From contig SXOX01000045.1 of assembly GCA_005776585.1 (NCBI GenBank), positions 53,425 through 117,424 of the forward strand: a DNA stretch of 64,000 nt, written 5' to 3'. Shown here in pieces: positions 29,001 through 37,396 of this stretch. The position numbers and the translations under genes are program-made. How positions within the stretch are numbered: the stretch's first letter is position 1; each line of letters begins with the position of its first letter. The notes beneath the pieces were generated by a model. The model did no database searches and was not told the origin of the DNA. It worked only from the letters and a program-made list of their open reading frames with translations. This DNA is from Pseudomonadota bacterium (GTDB lineage Bacteria > Myxococcota_A > UBA9042 > GCA-2863065).

Positions 29001-30635
29001 GCCCTTGGCGGGGACGAACAGCGGCCCGCCCGGCGAGAGGGTCACCTGCGTGCCGGTCGCGCCTTCCTCGGCGAGGATCCAGCCTCCGATATCCACGGGG
29101 GAGCCCGTCGTGTTGAACAGCTCGATCCACTCGCCATCGGCGTCCGCGACCGCCACCGGGTCGATCATCAGCTCGTGGATGACGATCGCGCTCTGCGGCT
29201 TGGTGGCGCAATAGCCCGAGTCCGGGACGTGCACACATTGGTTGGCCGTGCACCGATCCAGTGTGCTCGGGTCGAGGTCGTCGCACGCGTCGTCGCCCGC
29301 GCAGCAGCCCGTCTGCGCCGTCTTGACCTGAAAGACGCAGGAGTGCGCGACCGTGTCGCACTTGTCGTTGGTGCAGGCGTTGCCGTCGTTGCAGTCGGGG
29401 TCGGCGTTACAGCACGCGGTCATCCCGGGGAGCTGGAGCGGGTGACGGCAGACGTTGGCGACGCACAGGTCGGTCGTGCATGGGTCCGCGTCGTCGCACT
29501 GGTCGTGCTTGCCGGTCTCGCAGCAGGCGCCCTCGGCGTTCTGGACGGGGGCGTGGGTGCACGTCTCGGTGCCGCAGTCGCAGCCGTCCGTCGTACAGGA
29601 CTTGCCGTCGTCGCACTGCGTCGTGACCGCGGTGCCCGCGGCGCAGTCGCAGCACGTCGGCTTCTGGGGGTCCTTCGTGTGCGAGCAGCCGTGGGTCGCC
29701 GCGTCACACAGGTCGATGGTGCACGCGTTCTTGTCGTCGCACGCCGGGTCCCCGTTGCCCTCGCAGCAGACGCCGGTCGGCGTGTCGATGGGCTGGTTGA
29801 GGCAGGTGTAGGTTCCGCACAGGCACAGGTCGGAGGTGCAGCTCTTGCCGTCGTTGCACTGGGACTCCCCGGCGTTCGCGGCGCCGCAGTCGCAGCAGCC
29901 TGGCTTGGCCGAGTCCGGGGTCGTCACGCAGGAGCCGCCCGTGCAGACGTTCTTGGTGCACGGGTTGCCGTCATTGCACTGGATGTCGAGCTGGCAGGCC
30001 GGCGAGCAGGTGTGGGACGTGAGGTTGCAGTGCTCGCCCGGCGCGCACTGGAACTCGCCACCGCAACACGTCGCGTCTGCCGCCGGGCCGAAGACGCATT
30101 GGCCTTCGGCGGAGCATGTCGGCGCATCACACACGAAGGCCGTCTCGCAGTCCGTGGCGCTCTGGCAGGGCTTGGGAACCGCGAACGCGGGGAGGACGCA
30201 GCGCGCTGCGGCCGAGGCCAACGGGTAGCCGGACGGGAGTGCGATGGCGACCGCCAGAGCGTGGCGACCCGGTCCGACGGCGATGGTGAGCTTGCCGGCG
30301 ACCTTGGTCGTCCCGAGCGGTGTGTTGGCCTCGTCGTACCAGGCGAGCACGAACTGCCCCGAGGCGAGATCCGCCGCGACGTTGGTCGTCACGTCGACCG
30401 TCACCTGGGTGAGCTGTGGCGAGGTCGTGTCCGACCACACGCACGTGATCGCCGGGCCGCTCGCCTCCGCCGTCACCGTCGACAGCGTCGAGACGGGCGC
30501 GCCCGCGTCGGGGCTCGGGTCGACCGCGCACGCAGCGGCGGAGAGGCCCAACGCCAGCATCGCCGTGCGCAGCCAGCGCCCGGCCCTCACTTCGAACGCG
30601 CCCCGAAGGGCGACTGCAACGGGAACCTGCGGCAT
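23034..30635 (-). CDS. giant surface lipoprotein: Cys-rich CxDGNxCTxDxC repeats, lamin-tail domain, MopE-like CNGxDDDCDGxIDE motifs, Ig-like domains, two cohesin-like domains, C-terminal dockerin
   Basis: 2533 aa. Lipobox LGLSAAAC. CDDKNACTIDLC-type repeats. IVIHELMIDPVAVADADGEWIELFNTTGSPVDIGGW (LTD). VPVYLASQADDIGAYDIKITFDQSKLEV (cohesin-like). DLDGDCELTLRDVMAY...DLDGDGRATARDVLRL (dockerin). Confidence 0.9.
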   Translation of the reverse strand: MPQVPVAVALRGAFEVRAGRWLRTAMLALGLSAAACAVDPSPDAGAPVSTLSTVTAEASGPAITCVWSDTTSPQLTQVTVDVTTNVAADLASGQFVLAWYDEANTPLGTTKVAGKLTIAVGPGRHALAVAIALPSGYPLASAAARCVLPAFAVPKPCQSATDCETAFVCDAPTCSAEGQCVFGPAADATCCGGEFQCAPGEHCNLTSHTCSPACQLDIQCNDGNPCTKNVCTGGSCVTTPDSAKPGCCDCGAANAGESQCNDGKSCTSDLCLCGTYTCLNQPIDTPTGVCCEGNGDPACDDKNACTIDLCDAATHGCSHTKDPQKPTCCDCAAGTAVTTQCDDGKSCTTDGCDCGTETCTHAPVQNAEGACCETGKHDQCDDADPCTTDLCVANVCRHPLQLPGMTACCNADPDCNDGNACTNDKCDTVAHSCVFQVKTAQTGCCAGDDACDDLDPSTLDRCTANQCVHVPDSGYCATKPQSAIVIHELMIDPVAVADADGEWIELFNTTGSPVDIGGWILAEEGATGTQVTLSPGGPLFVPAKGALVLCKNGDAAKNGGISCGAVYGTGFTLNNGEDSVLLKDKSGATHDAVHYDGGPNFPNPSGASIALTNVEADNDLGQSWKASSAAIPGGAGDLGTPGSANTDVYSPLVAPECHEKPADDPCTLDVCQANECGHLPVAGCCNEAADCVRPTACHVPTCQGNACTFTVTPPPTCCVESGQCGDADTCTMDLCLGNTCRHGPDVAQFGSTCCNVDSDCGSLSDPCATVDCDEAKHVCKPPVLKGGVGCCSVNTYPKATTDAICDDGLPDTVDSCKDYHCLSYPDPAYCDGQVGESGKINHCALDDNPCTGTQCDVAKKACVYDAIPSCCTLNTACDDADPCTDDVCNLKTGKCSQYGIAGCCTIGGPASHCDDTDACTQDGCVASGGKVIPGAIGSCRHVPSGAGCCSADSDCDDQNTCTLDACNVATHLCTHAPIAPSGGGTCCDPNAPIAISVQCGDGNQCTAETCVNGVCAFVPVPATALGKCCDLATGATAEAQCDDGDSCTADACVYGRCKNLTLGATCCNVAADCDDGFACTKDACIAQGVNAVCEHVPNDALCVDASYCNGTERCEVGKGCVLGTPPAGSDDGVPCTDDVCDEGTKAFKHILNDSKCDDGKFCNGYESCHPTLDCQPGVGPTTNDDIACTLDLCDDATGQVLHIADPKVCDDGLFCTGETCDPVTGCGHVLQPAFCLIGNVCYVDGATNPKNGCQTCVAATSQSTFTTKASSPEVCNGLDDDCDGLIDEDPVFNLALVQPCQNACGVQGTEVCTNGSFQSCTAPKVKELCGDGKDNDCNGSIDEANCLGDKPAVAGAEVRFQSSLGQVENLVIDNGDGTYDTVIQDLANPNEAGSVFVDAYGVKSAPMGFNVLALAPGVLEVVLMRDVLYADASATKLAVQVRDAGYRPVKPGTVVTAALSGAGLPAATQATCSTDATGRCVISWTAPASVFNQSGSVTASVSVGGLPPQAVTIAITPRPVALAIASPGAGLELPLSPQFVKDVFQVPVYLASQADDIGAYDIKITFDQSKLEVMSIQKGSCADFDDPVSNVTTNANQSGQIKFNALASLGVTTCTKGSKIHVATLGFRALESLTPDSPIAFASISGTLEDLYSKNLSSLAANAPLAVADASGSSASGKVTTWSRAVRGVLLSLPDVQLLNWAPVTGIPDTSIVGFTLFRRDCAQLPGASDVGTTLSSTDPTIVKVGAGGTLTAAGKAGTAIITGGHSGFASSGRVRVLVPGTAELELSDSILQTITGTTKVQTAALRLKLPWSDGKQTLWKQDMTPLLKAKDFDLPTGGVYDPASRVLTATTAGTFTLNARGAAGNVLASQAISVQPAATVQCTSLQVIAPCDVTMMSLLPAQPTVQVGQTTAEAGVFAFMKQYNQTCQAQVYARFGDGARMNITGAVGLAVTSLSPSIVGSTPGGLLTAVGGGTATVSATWTVGGKDLCTGSTPVKVDLPAPKQLIVTPKASTIAIAATDTAATIKGLPTSQQLQVQVLYQDGSLIDFTAHATTAYDATVLDAGDLIQATTTGLVSATGKATGDASVRVSIGQYPALGTADVTVKVVKASGLTADVYEPYTPFPPRVSDHTFSKIEGTPTWQDGTYVVILNYTDGTSSDVTAQAQVKVFNAGTQSPNNAVLQLDPALGTVKAGANGVVDLQFSLGSMVSQIAGFKVDTFNEGLVALYPSLAAGPTFSGIKDQGTSQLELWGLFNDGTRRKFVGPHLVPTLLEFSSTDTEGATIDTAGLATIRGNKSTVFRVDVNLAVDKGGNFNPPAETSTDCNLLPDCGDIDLGDTVGLAFKDRAPGTTFTLDGRFNTCDLPLGAIDVQLAFDPQVLDALDVQAGPAAQGATFNANPFVGGGKILLNAIFNPLAGIKKGPDLHLFTVSYKALKGGDLVSTMGGTVIKAVSIDAVTPIGPNGSHAIVAGLGDLDPACSGVAGPMDLDGDCELTLRDVMAYRHGLLSGKTLPDLDGDGRATARDVLRLRRAVR

Positions 30636-30819
30636 GGGCCAACTCCTCGGGATGAGCGCGGCTCGAACGGAGTGCCCACCGGGGCTCCGGGCGAGACCAC
30701 GCCGGACAGCGAGTATACGTAAGCCGCGCGCGCGCCGGAAGCAGCTTCGGGGCTCGACCGCACGATCTTGTCAGCCGAGGCCCTTGAGGCCGGGCCCCGG
30801 CATCCGTATCCTCGCCGCA

Positions 30820-31947
30820 ATGCGGCCCACTTCGACACACCTGCGAATTTCGTCGATGCTCCTCGCCCTCTCCTGGCTCGGTGCCTCCTGCGCCACGGAG
30901 GCGACCCCCACGAGCGACCCGGCGCGCTGGCAGCGCGTGTCCCCGAAGCCGCTCGCGGGCGCGGTGATCTCGATTTGGGGAGCCAGTGAGCGTGACCTGT
31001 GGGCCGTAGGCGGGGACGTCCCGAGCGTGGATCCCGATGGACCGATGGTCCTCCGCTTCGACGGCGCGCTCTGGAAGCGTGAGAAGGTCGGCTCACCCGG
31101 CGCGCTCTGGTGGGTGCACGGCTTCCCGAGCGGGCCGGTCTTCCTCGCCGGCGCCGGCGGGCGGATCCTCAAGTGGGAGCCGGGCAGCGGGACGTTTACG
31201 CCCATGCCTACGCCGAGCGGGGCGACGGTCTTTGGCCTCTGGGGCGCGTCACCGACGGACCTGTGGGCCGTGGGCGGCGCCAACTCCGGGACCGGCGCGG
31301 CCTTCGTCTGGCACTCGGACGGTGTGAGCTGGAAGGTGCAGGGCGGCCTGCCAGCCGAGCTCGCGGAGCAGGCCGCTTGGTGGAAGGTGCACGGGTGCGG
31401 GCCAAACGACGTCTGGTTCGTCGGCTCCGGCATCGCCAACAAGAACTTCGGCGCCACGATGCATTGGGACGGGACCGCGATGACGTTCGTCAACACCGGC
31501 CAGGGCGAGCCGCTGTTCACGGTGCACAACACCTGCGGCAAGACGCGGCTCACCGCGGCCGTGGGTGGCGGCTCCAACGGCCTGATCTTCGAGAACACCG
31601 GGTCGGGCTGGAAGAGCGTCGGACCCAAGGGCGCGCCGGGGTTTGTCGGAGTTTTCCTACAAGAGTCGAATATGTCCCAGGGCGGTGTCGTCGGGATCGC
31701 GACAGCACAATTTGGCGGCGTCGCATTCCGTGACCCCACGACCGGCCAATGGAGCGACCACAGTGAATCGATGTACAAGGCCTTGGGCGACGACGCGGCG
31801 CCATCCAACGAGACGTTGCACGCGGGGTACATCGACCCGACGGGTGCCCGCTGGATCGTGGGCGGCGACATCACTGTCGAACCGCTAAAGGGCGGTCTCG
31901 TGCTACGTTACGCGACGTCTGTCGTACCAAGCCTACTTGCAAAGTGA
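30820..31947 (+). CDS. beta-propeller-like lipoprotein (repeated DLWAVGG blades)
   Basis: ATG at 30820 (MRPTSTHLRISSMLLALSWLGASC lipobox). The upstream part of track ORF 30244..31947 is antisense to the giant gene and is rejected. Confidence 0.65.
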   Translation: MRPTSTHLRISSMLLALSWLGASCATEATPTSDPARWQRVSPKPLAGAVISIWGASERDLWAVGGDVPSVDPDGPMVLRFDGALWKREKVGSPGALWWVHGFPSGPVFLAGAGGRILKWEPGSGTFTPMPTPSGATVFGLWGASPTDLWAVGGANSGTGAAFVWHSDGVSWKVQGGLPAELAEQAAWWKVHGCGPNDVWFVGSGIANKNFGATMHWDGTAMTFVNTGQGEPLFTVHNTCGKTRLTAAVGGGSNGLIFENTGSGWKSVGPKGAPGFVGVFLQESNMSQGGVVGIATAQFGGVAFRDPTTGQWSDHSESMYKALGDDAAPSNETLHAGYIDPTGARWIVGGDITVEPLKGGLVLRYATSVVPSLLAK

Positions 31948-32016
31948 GCACACTGCGGCGTAGGCTTCGCCCGATGCAATCGCCCGCGACTCTGCTCGCG
32001 GTGGAGGAGACCCAAC

Positions 32017-33231
32017 ATGCACTTTGGTGACAAGCTACAATCGGCACTCGGGTGCCTTGCCCTGGCGTCCGGGCTCATCACGGCGGGTGGCGCCGCGCTC
32101 GGCTGCGCGGCCGAGGAGTCCGAGACCGCCAAGACGACGAACGGCAAGCAAACGGCGACCCTGCCACCGCCTTGCTCGGGGTCCGGCATCGCGTGCCGCT
32201 ACGCGGGGACACAAATCGGTGGGCTGTCCGTCGATGGCGACAAGGCCCTGCTCACCCGGTTCTACTGGCCCGTGGATCTCCACTTCGGCAAGAACGGCGT
32301 GCCGTACCTCATCGACTGGAACAACCACAAGATCCGCGAGGTCGCCGAGGGCGACGCCATCGAGACGATCATCGGCACGGAGCTCCCGGGAGACGGCGCT
32401 GACCTCAAGGCGCCCATCAAGGGCGTCGACTGCGCCGTGAACCATCCCACGCAGCTGCTCAATGCGCCAGACGGTGCCATCTATATCGCCGCGTGGCACA
32501 ACCACAAGATCCGCCGCTGGGACCCTGCGACGGGCATGATTCAGACCATCTACGGCAGTGGTCCGGGCTTTGCTGGGGACGGCGGCAGCGGCAAGTCGGC
32601 CAAGTTCAACCAGCCCAAGGCCCTGGCGCTCTCGAAGGGCGGCGACCTCTTTGTGTCCGACCAGCGCAACTTCCGCGTGCGCAAGTTCACGCCCGATGGC
32701 AAGACCTCGACGGTCGTTGGCAAGGGCACGAAGGGCTATTCGGGTGATGGCGGAAAGCCCCTTGAGGCGGAGCTCAACTTCGAGGCCGGCGGCAATCCGG
32801 AGCCCTCCGGTGGACTGGTCGTCGACGCGTCCGATCGGCTCTACATCGCAGACTCCGAGAATCACCGGATTCGGCGCGTGGACTTCGCCACAGACCTCAT
32901 CGAGACCATCGCCGGCACCGGCGAGGGCGGCTACTCCGGTGACGGCGCCGCAGCGACGGCAGCCAAGCTCAACAAGCCGCGCGACCTGGAGATCGGGCCT
33001 GATGGCCACCTCTATCTCGCCGATACGGAGAACCACCGCATCCGCGCCATCGACCTGACCTCGGGCATCATCCGGACGGTCGTCGGCTCGGGCGTCGAGG
33101 GCAGCGACGGTGAAGGCAAGCCCGCGGCTGAGATTCAGCTCCGGCGGCCGTTCGGCCTCGCGTTCGACGCGAAGGGCAACCTCTACGTGGCCGACACGTT
33201 CAACAACCGCTTCCTGGTCATCGCGAAGTAA
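32017..33231 (+). CDS. NHL-repeat lipoprotein, paralog 1
   Basis: Lipobox GAALGC. Repeated NHKIRR / NHRIRR + GDGG blades. Confidence 0.8.
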   Translation: MHFGDKLQSALGCLALASGLITAGGAALGCAAEESETAKTTNGKQTATLPPPCSGSGIACRYAGTQIGGLSVDGDKALLTRFYWPVDLHFGKNGVPYLIDWNNHKIREVAEGDAIETIIGTELPGDGADLKAPIKGVDCAVNHPTQLLNAPDGAIYIAAWHNHKIRRWDPATGMIQTIYGSGPGFAGDGGSGKSAKFNQPKALALSKGGDLFVSDQRNFRVRKFTPDGKTSTVVGKGTKGYSGDGGKPLEAELNFEAGGNPEPSGGLVVDASDRLYIADSENHRIRRVDFATDLIETIAGTGEGGYSGDGAAATAAKLNKPRDLEIGPDGHLYLADTENHRIRAIDLTSGIIRTVVGSGVEGSDGEGKPAAEIQLRRPFGLAFDAKGNLYVADTFNNRFLVIAK

Positions 33232-33244
33232 GGAGAGGCCTCAT

Positions 33245-34600
33245 ATGAACCACACCATCAAGCTCATCGTGGCCACCGGGGCTGCCGCGGTCGTCGGCTG
33301 CGCTGCCGAGAAGTCCACTCCGGCCCCGACGCAGTGCACTCCGGCGCCGGGTACGATCTGCACCGTCGTCGGCAACGGCGATCCGGCGTTCTACGGCGAC
33401 AACAAGAGCGCCCTCGAGGCCGCCATCTATCAGCCGGTCGACATTCTCTCGCACAAGGACGGCGCCATGTACGTCGTTGACTGGTCCAACCACAAGATCC
33501 GCCAGATCGACAAGGCCGGCATCATCACCACGGTCGGTGGCATCGACGGCCTGGGCGACGGGCCCGATGGCCCCGCGCTCAAGCACCACTTCAATCACCC
33601 GACGCACCTCACCTTCGACTCGGTGGACAACATCGTCATCTCCGCGTGGCACAACAGCAAGATGAAGCTCCTGGACCTCAAGGCGGGCACCATCAAGGAC
33701 TTCTGTGGGACGGGCAAGCGCGCCTACGCGGGAGACGGGGGACCGGCGGTCAAGGCCGACCTGGATTTGCCGTCGTCTGCGGCCTACGACAAGGCGGGGA
33801 ACCTCTTGTTCACCGATCAGGCCAATCACCTGATTCGGCGCATCAAGCAAGACGGGACCATCGAGAGCGTCGCGGGCCAGTGTATCGTCGAGCAGGCGAT
33901 GACGCCCGAAGGCAAAGACTGGGGCGCGACGAAGTGCGCCGAGGGTGAGGTCCCCAAGAAGTGCAGTGACTTCAACGGTCCCGACGGCAAGCCCATCGCC
34001 AGCCAGAAGCGATTCTGCGGCAACGTGACCGACCCAGCGATGGTCAACCCCATCTGTCAGGCCCTGTGCACGGCGGGCTTCAAGGGCGACGGCGGGCCGG
34101 CGACCGAGGCGCGCTTTGCCCAACCAACGTCGCAGTCGGCCGATCCGGGCGGACGGATGGTGCTCGACGCCAACGACAACATCCTCGTGGCCGACACGCT
34201 CAACCACCGCATTCGCCGGATCGACGCCAAGACGAACATCGTGACGACGGTCGCAGGCAAGGGCCAGTTTGGTGTCACCGGGGGCAGCTACTCGGGAGAT
34301 GGCGGAAAGGCCACCGACGCCGATCTCAACTACCCCACGGATCTGGAGGTCGCGAAGGATGGCACGTTGTTCATTGCGGACACGTACAACCACTGTATTC
34401 GCAAGGTTGGGACCGATGGCGTGATTACAACCTTTGCGGGCCAGTGCGGCAAGAAGGGTGACGAGGGCGATGGCGGCAAGCCCACCGACGCGCGGATCAA
34501 TCGTCCCTACGGGATCGCGTTGACGAAGGCGGGGGACCTGCTCATCGCCGACACCAACAATCACCGCATCCGCATGATCAAGGGCGCCGCCGCCCCGTGA
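33245..34600 (+). CDS. NHL-repeat lipoprotein, paralog 2 (with Cys-rich insert)
   Basis: ATG at 33245 after AGGAGAGG. MNHTIKLIVATGAAAVVGC lipobox. NHKIRQ/NHLIRR/NHRIRR blades. Confidence 0.8.
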   Translation: MNHTIKLIVATGAAAVVGCAAEKSTPAPTQCTPAPGTICTVVGNGDPAFYGDNKSALEAAIYQPVDILSHKDGAMYVVDWSNHKIRQIDKAGIITTVGGIDGLGDGPDGPALKHHFNHPTHLTFDSVDNIVISAWHNSKMKLLDLKAGTIKDFCGTGKRAYAGDGGPAVKADLDLPSSAAYDKAGNLLFTDQANHLIRRIKQDGTIESVAGQCIVEQAMTPEGKDWGATKCAEGEVPKKCSDFNGPDGKPIASQKRFCGNVTDPAMVNPICQALCTAGFKGDGGPATEARFAQPTSQSADPGGRMVLDANDNILVADTLNHRIRRIDAKTNIVTTVAGKGQFGVTGGSYSGDGGKATDADLNYPTDLEVAKDGTLFIADTYNHCIRKVGTDGVITTFAGQCGKKGDEGDGGKPTDARINRPYGIALTKAGDLLIADTNNHRIRMIKGAAAP

Positions 34601-35931
34601 CCGTCCGCCTCCCGGTCGCTGCCGGGCTCGCCGTCATGGCGTTGCTCGGCTGCGCAGACCGGGAGGAGCCTCCCGCCTGCACTCCCTCCAAAGGCACGAT
34701 CTGCACTGTCGTTGGCAATGGCGATCCGGCCTTCTATGGCGACGGTGGGAGGGCCCTCCGTGCTGCGCTCTATCAGCCGCTCGAGGTCCTCCCGGGCCCC
34801 GAGGGCCTGCTGTTCGTCCTGGACTGGTCCAACCACCGGGTCCGACAGGTCGACGGGCACGGGACCATCACGACGATAGCGGGCACCGACGGGCTGGGCG
34901 ATGGACCCGACGGTCCGGCGCTGACGCATCACCTCAATCATCCGGTCGGGCTCGCGCTCGACGCGGCCGGTGACCTGATGGTCGCTGCGTGGCACAACAG
35001 CAAGATCAAGCGGCTCAAACGCTCGGAGGGATTGCTCCTGGACTTCTGCGGGAGTGGCCGGCGTGCCTACTTCGGGGACGGGCGACCGGCACGCGAGGCT
35101 GACCTGGACCTGCCATCCTCGCTCGCCTACGACCGGCAGGGGCGGCTCGTGTTCGCGGAGCAGGGCAACCACGTCATTCGGCGGATTCGGCTCGACGGCA
35201 CGCTCGAGACGATCGCGGGGCAGTGCATCGTCGAGCAGTCGCTGACTCCTGATGGCGAGGGACTCGGTGCTGCACACTGCGAGGCCGCCGAGGTGCCGCG
35301 CCGCTGCTCGGACGGCCTGGACGCGGCGGGAAGGCCCATCGCCAGCGACAAGCGCTACTGCGGGACCGTGGCGCCAAAGGACGTGTCGAGCGTATGCGAG
35401 AATCCGTGTAGTGCGGCATTTGGTGGGGACGGCGGCCCGGCGACGTCGGCGCGCATCGCCTCGAGCTCGGCCGATCCGGGCGACCGGTTCGTGCTCGATC
35501 ATGACGATCACATCTTCCTCGCGGATACTGGCAATAGTCGTATTCGTCGTATCGACGCTAGGTCAGGTGTCATCACCACGGTGGCGGGGCGCGGTGACGT
35601 GCGGATGGCCTCCGGGGGGTACTCCGGTGATGGCGGGCCCGCGACCGACGCCGACCTCAACTTTCCTAGCGATGTGGCCGTCGCGCACGACGGAACGATC
35701 TTCATCGCCGACACCTACAACCATTGCGTGCGGCGCGTGGATCCGCAGGGGGTCATCTCGACGTTCGCGGGTCGGTGTCGAGTGCGGGGCGACACAGGGG
35801 ACGGCGGACCGCCCAGTGAGGCGCTGCTCAAGAAGCCCTATGGCGTCGCGCTCGCTGCCAACGGAGACCTGTACATCGCCGATACCAACAATCACCGCAT
35901 CCGGGTGGTCCTAGGCGCTGCGACGCCGTAA
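34597..35931 (+). CDS. NHL-repeat lipoprotein, paralog 3 (with Cys-rich insert)
   Basis: GTG overlapping the stop of paralog 2. Lipobox MALLGC. Colinear with paralog 2, including the GQCIVEQ...C...C...C...C insert. Confidence 0.8.
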   Translation: MTVRLPVAAGLAVMALLGCADREEPPACTPSKGTICTVVGNGDPAFYGDGGRALRAALYQPLEVLPGPEGLLFVLDWSNHRVRQVDGHGTITTIAGTDGLGDGPDGPALTHHLNHPVGLALDAAGDLMVAAWHNSKIKRLKRSEGLLLDFCGSGRRAYFGDGRPAREADLDLPSSLAYDRQGRLVFAEQGNHVIRRIRLDGTLETIAGQCIVEQSLTPDGEGLGAAHCEAAEVPRRCSDGLDAAGRPIASDKRYCGTVAPKDVSSVCENPCSAAFGGDGGPATSARIASSSADPGDRFVLDHDDHIFLADTGNSRIRRIDARSGVITTVAGRGDVRMASGGYSGDGGPATDADLNFPSDVAVAHDGTIFIADTYNHCVRRVDPQGVISTFAGRCRVRGDTGDGGPPSEALLKKPYGVALAANGDLYIADTNNHRIRVVLGAATP

Positions 35932-37353
35932 CCCGGTGCGGGCAGCCCACAGGAGCGCCAGGAGCGTGCTCGCGAGGCCCAGCGGGCCCTCCTGCGATTG
36001 GTGAGCTGCGCCACAGCCCGACGCTGCGCTCCCGTTGGCGGCCGCGGTCGTCACCAGCGGTGGCTCGGCGATCGTGGCTGGCTCCGTCGCCCCAGCGGAT
36101 GCCGGCTCAGCGCCAGCTTCTGGAGTCGGCTCCGGAGTGGCCTCCGTCGCGACCTCCGCCGTCGCCGCTGGGACCAGCGTCTTCAGCAGGGCTCCCGGGT
36201 CGACGATGCCATAGCCGTAGGTGTCGTGATGACCCTTGGCGTCGCGGGTCACGAGCGGGGAGGGCAGGGCGGTCGTGACGAGCAGCTCGCGCAGCGCTTT
36301 GGCCGTCAGGCTGGGATCGACGCTCACCGCCCACGCCGCGAGGCCCGCGACCACCGGCGCGGCCGCGGAGGTGCCGCCAAAGGTCTTCGTGATGCCGTCT
36401 CCGGGGGCGAGGCTCACGGTCGCCGAGGGTGCAGAGATGTCGACCGTCGCCCCTCGATTGGTGTAGGCCGTTGGGTAGCCGTACGAGTCCACGGCGGAGA
36501 CGCACAAGACGTCGTCGAGCGCCTCGATCTCGTCGTCCAGCAGCACGCGGTCGTCGTTGCCCGCGGCGAATATGACCAGCGCGCCCTTGCCGCCGCGCGT
36601 CTCCGTTGCGGCGCGGTGGATGACGGCTGCGAGCGTCGGCGGCGCGGGGACATGCTTGCTGAAGCCCCACGAGTTGTTGATGACGGCGACGTCGGCGGCG
36701 ATTGCGTGCTCGAACGCGCGGACGTCGTCGGAGAGCGCAGTTTGCGTGTCGGAGATGAGCCGAATCGGCACGAGCGTGCACGCCGCGCAGAGGCCGACGA
36801 TGCCGACGCCGTTGTTGGCGCGCGCGGCGACGATGCCGCTCACGGCCGTCCCATGGAGGTCGCAGATGCCGGTCTGGCCGCTCGGACAGTCGTCGCCGGG
36901 CACAGGCGATGGGTCGTCGTCGTGGCCGAGCGCGTCATAGGGGCTGAAGACCGCGAGCGTGAGGTCCTGGCAGCCGATGTCGATGCCCGAGTCGATGACC
37001 GCGACCCGCGTCTTGGGATCACCCAGAGTCACGGCGAAGAGCGCGGGCATCCCGAGCGATTCGAGGTACCATTGGCTCGCATACTCTGGATCGTTAAACG
37101 CGTGACGACGGTGAGGTAACAACACGTCGGGCTCGGCCGCGGCGACCTCGGGTCGCACGGCCCAAGCGCGCGCGTCGGTCACGGGGTCGGTCGAAGGGAG
37201 CCGCCAGGAGCGCCCGCCCAAGGATGTCCCGCGCGACCGCAGCTCGACGGGTGGCTCGACGCGCGCCTCCAGCACGATGACGATGGCCGGGAGGGCAGGG
37301 AGCGGCGGAGTCGGCGCAGCCAGCGAGACCAAAAACATGAGTTGCGGGAGCAT
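35911..37353 (-). CDS. S8 subtilisin-family serine protease with MYXO-CTERM-like tail
   Basis: VIDSGID (Asp), HGTAVSGIVAA (His), GGTSAAAPVVAGLAA (Ser). C-terminus SGCGAAHQ...LLALLWAARTGLRRRSA. Confidence 0.88.
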   Translation of the reverse strand: MLPQLMFLVSLAAPTPPLPALPAIVIVLEARVEPPVELRSRGTSLGGRSWRLPSTDPVTDARAWAVRPEVAAAEPDVLLPHRRHAFNDPEYASQWYLESLGMPALFAVTLGDPKTRVAVIDSGIDIGCQDLTLAVFSPYDALGHDDDPSPVPGDDCPSGQTGICDLHGTAVSGIVAARANNGVGIVGLCAACTLVPIRLISDTQTALSDDVRAFEHAIAADVAVINNSWGFSKHVPAPPTLAAVIHRAATETRGGKGALVIFAAGNDDRVLLDDEIEALDDVLCVSAVDSYGYPTAYTNRGATVDISAPSATVSLAPGDGITKTFGGTSAAAPVVAGLAAWAVSVDPSLTAKALRELLVTTALPSPLVTRDAKGHHDTYGYGIVDPGALLKTLVPAATAEVATEATPEPTPEAGAEPASAGATEPATIAEPPLVTTAAANGSAASGCGAAHQSQEGPLGLASTLLALLWAARTGLRRRSA

Positions 37354-37396
37354 GGCCGCCTAGGTTACCTACGCGCGGACTCGGGAGCTAACTCAG

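Noticed and set aside
30244-30819. The upstream extension of ORF 30244..31947.
   Set aside because: It overlaps the 5' end of the giant minus-strand gene in antisense. The lipoprotein signal peptide begins at the ATG at 30820.
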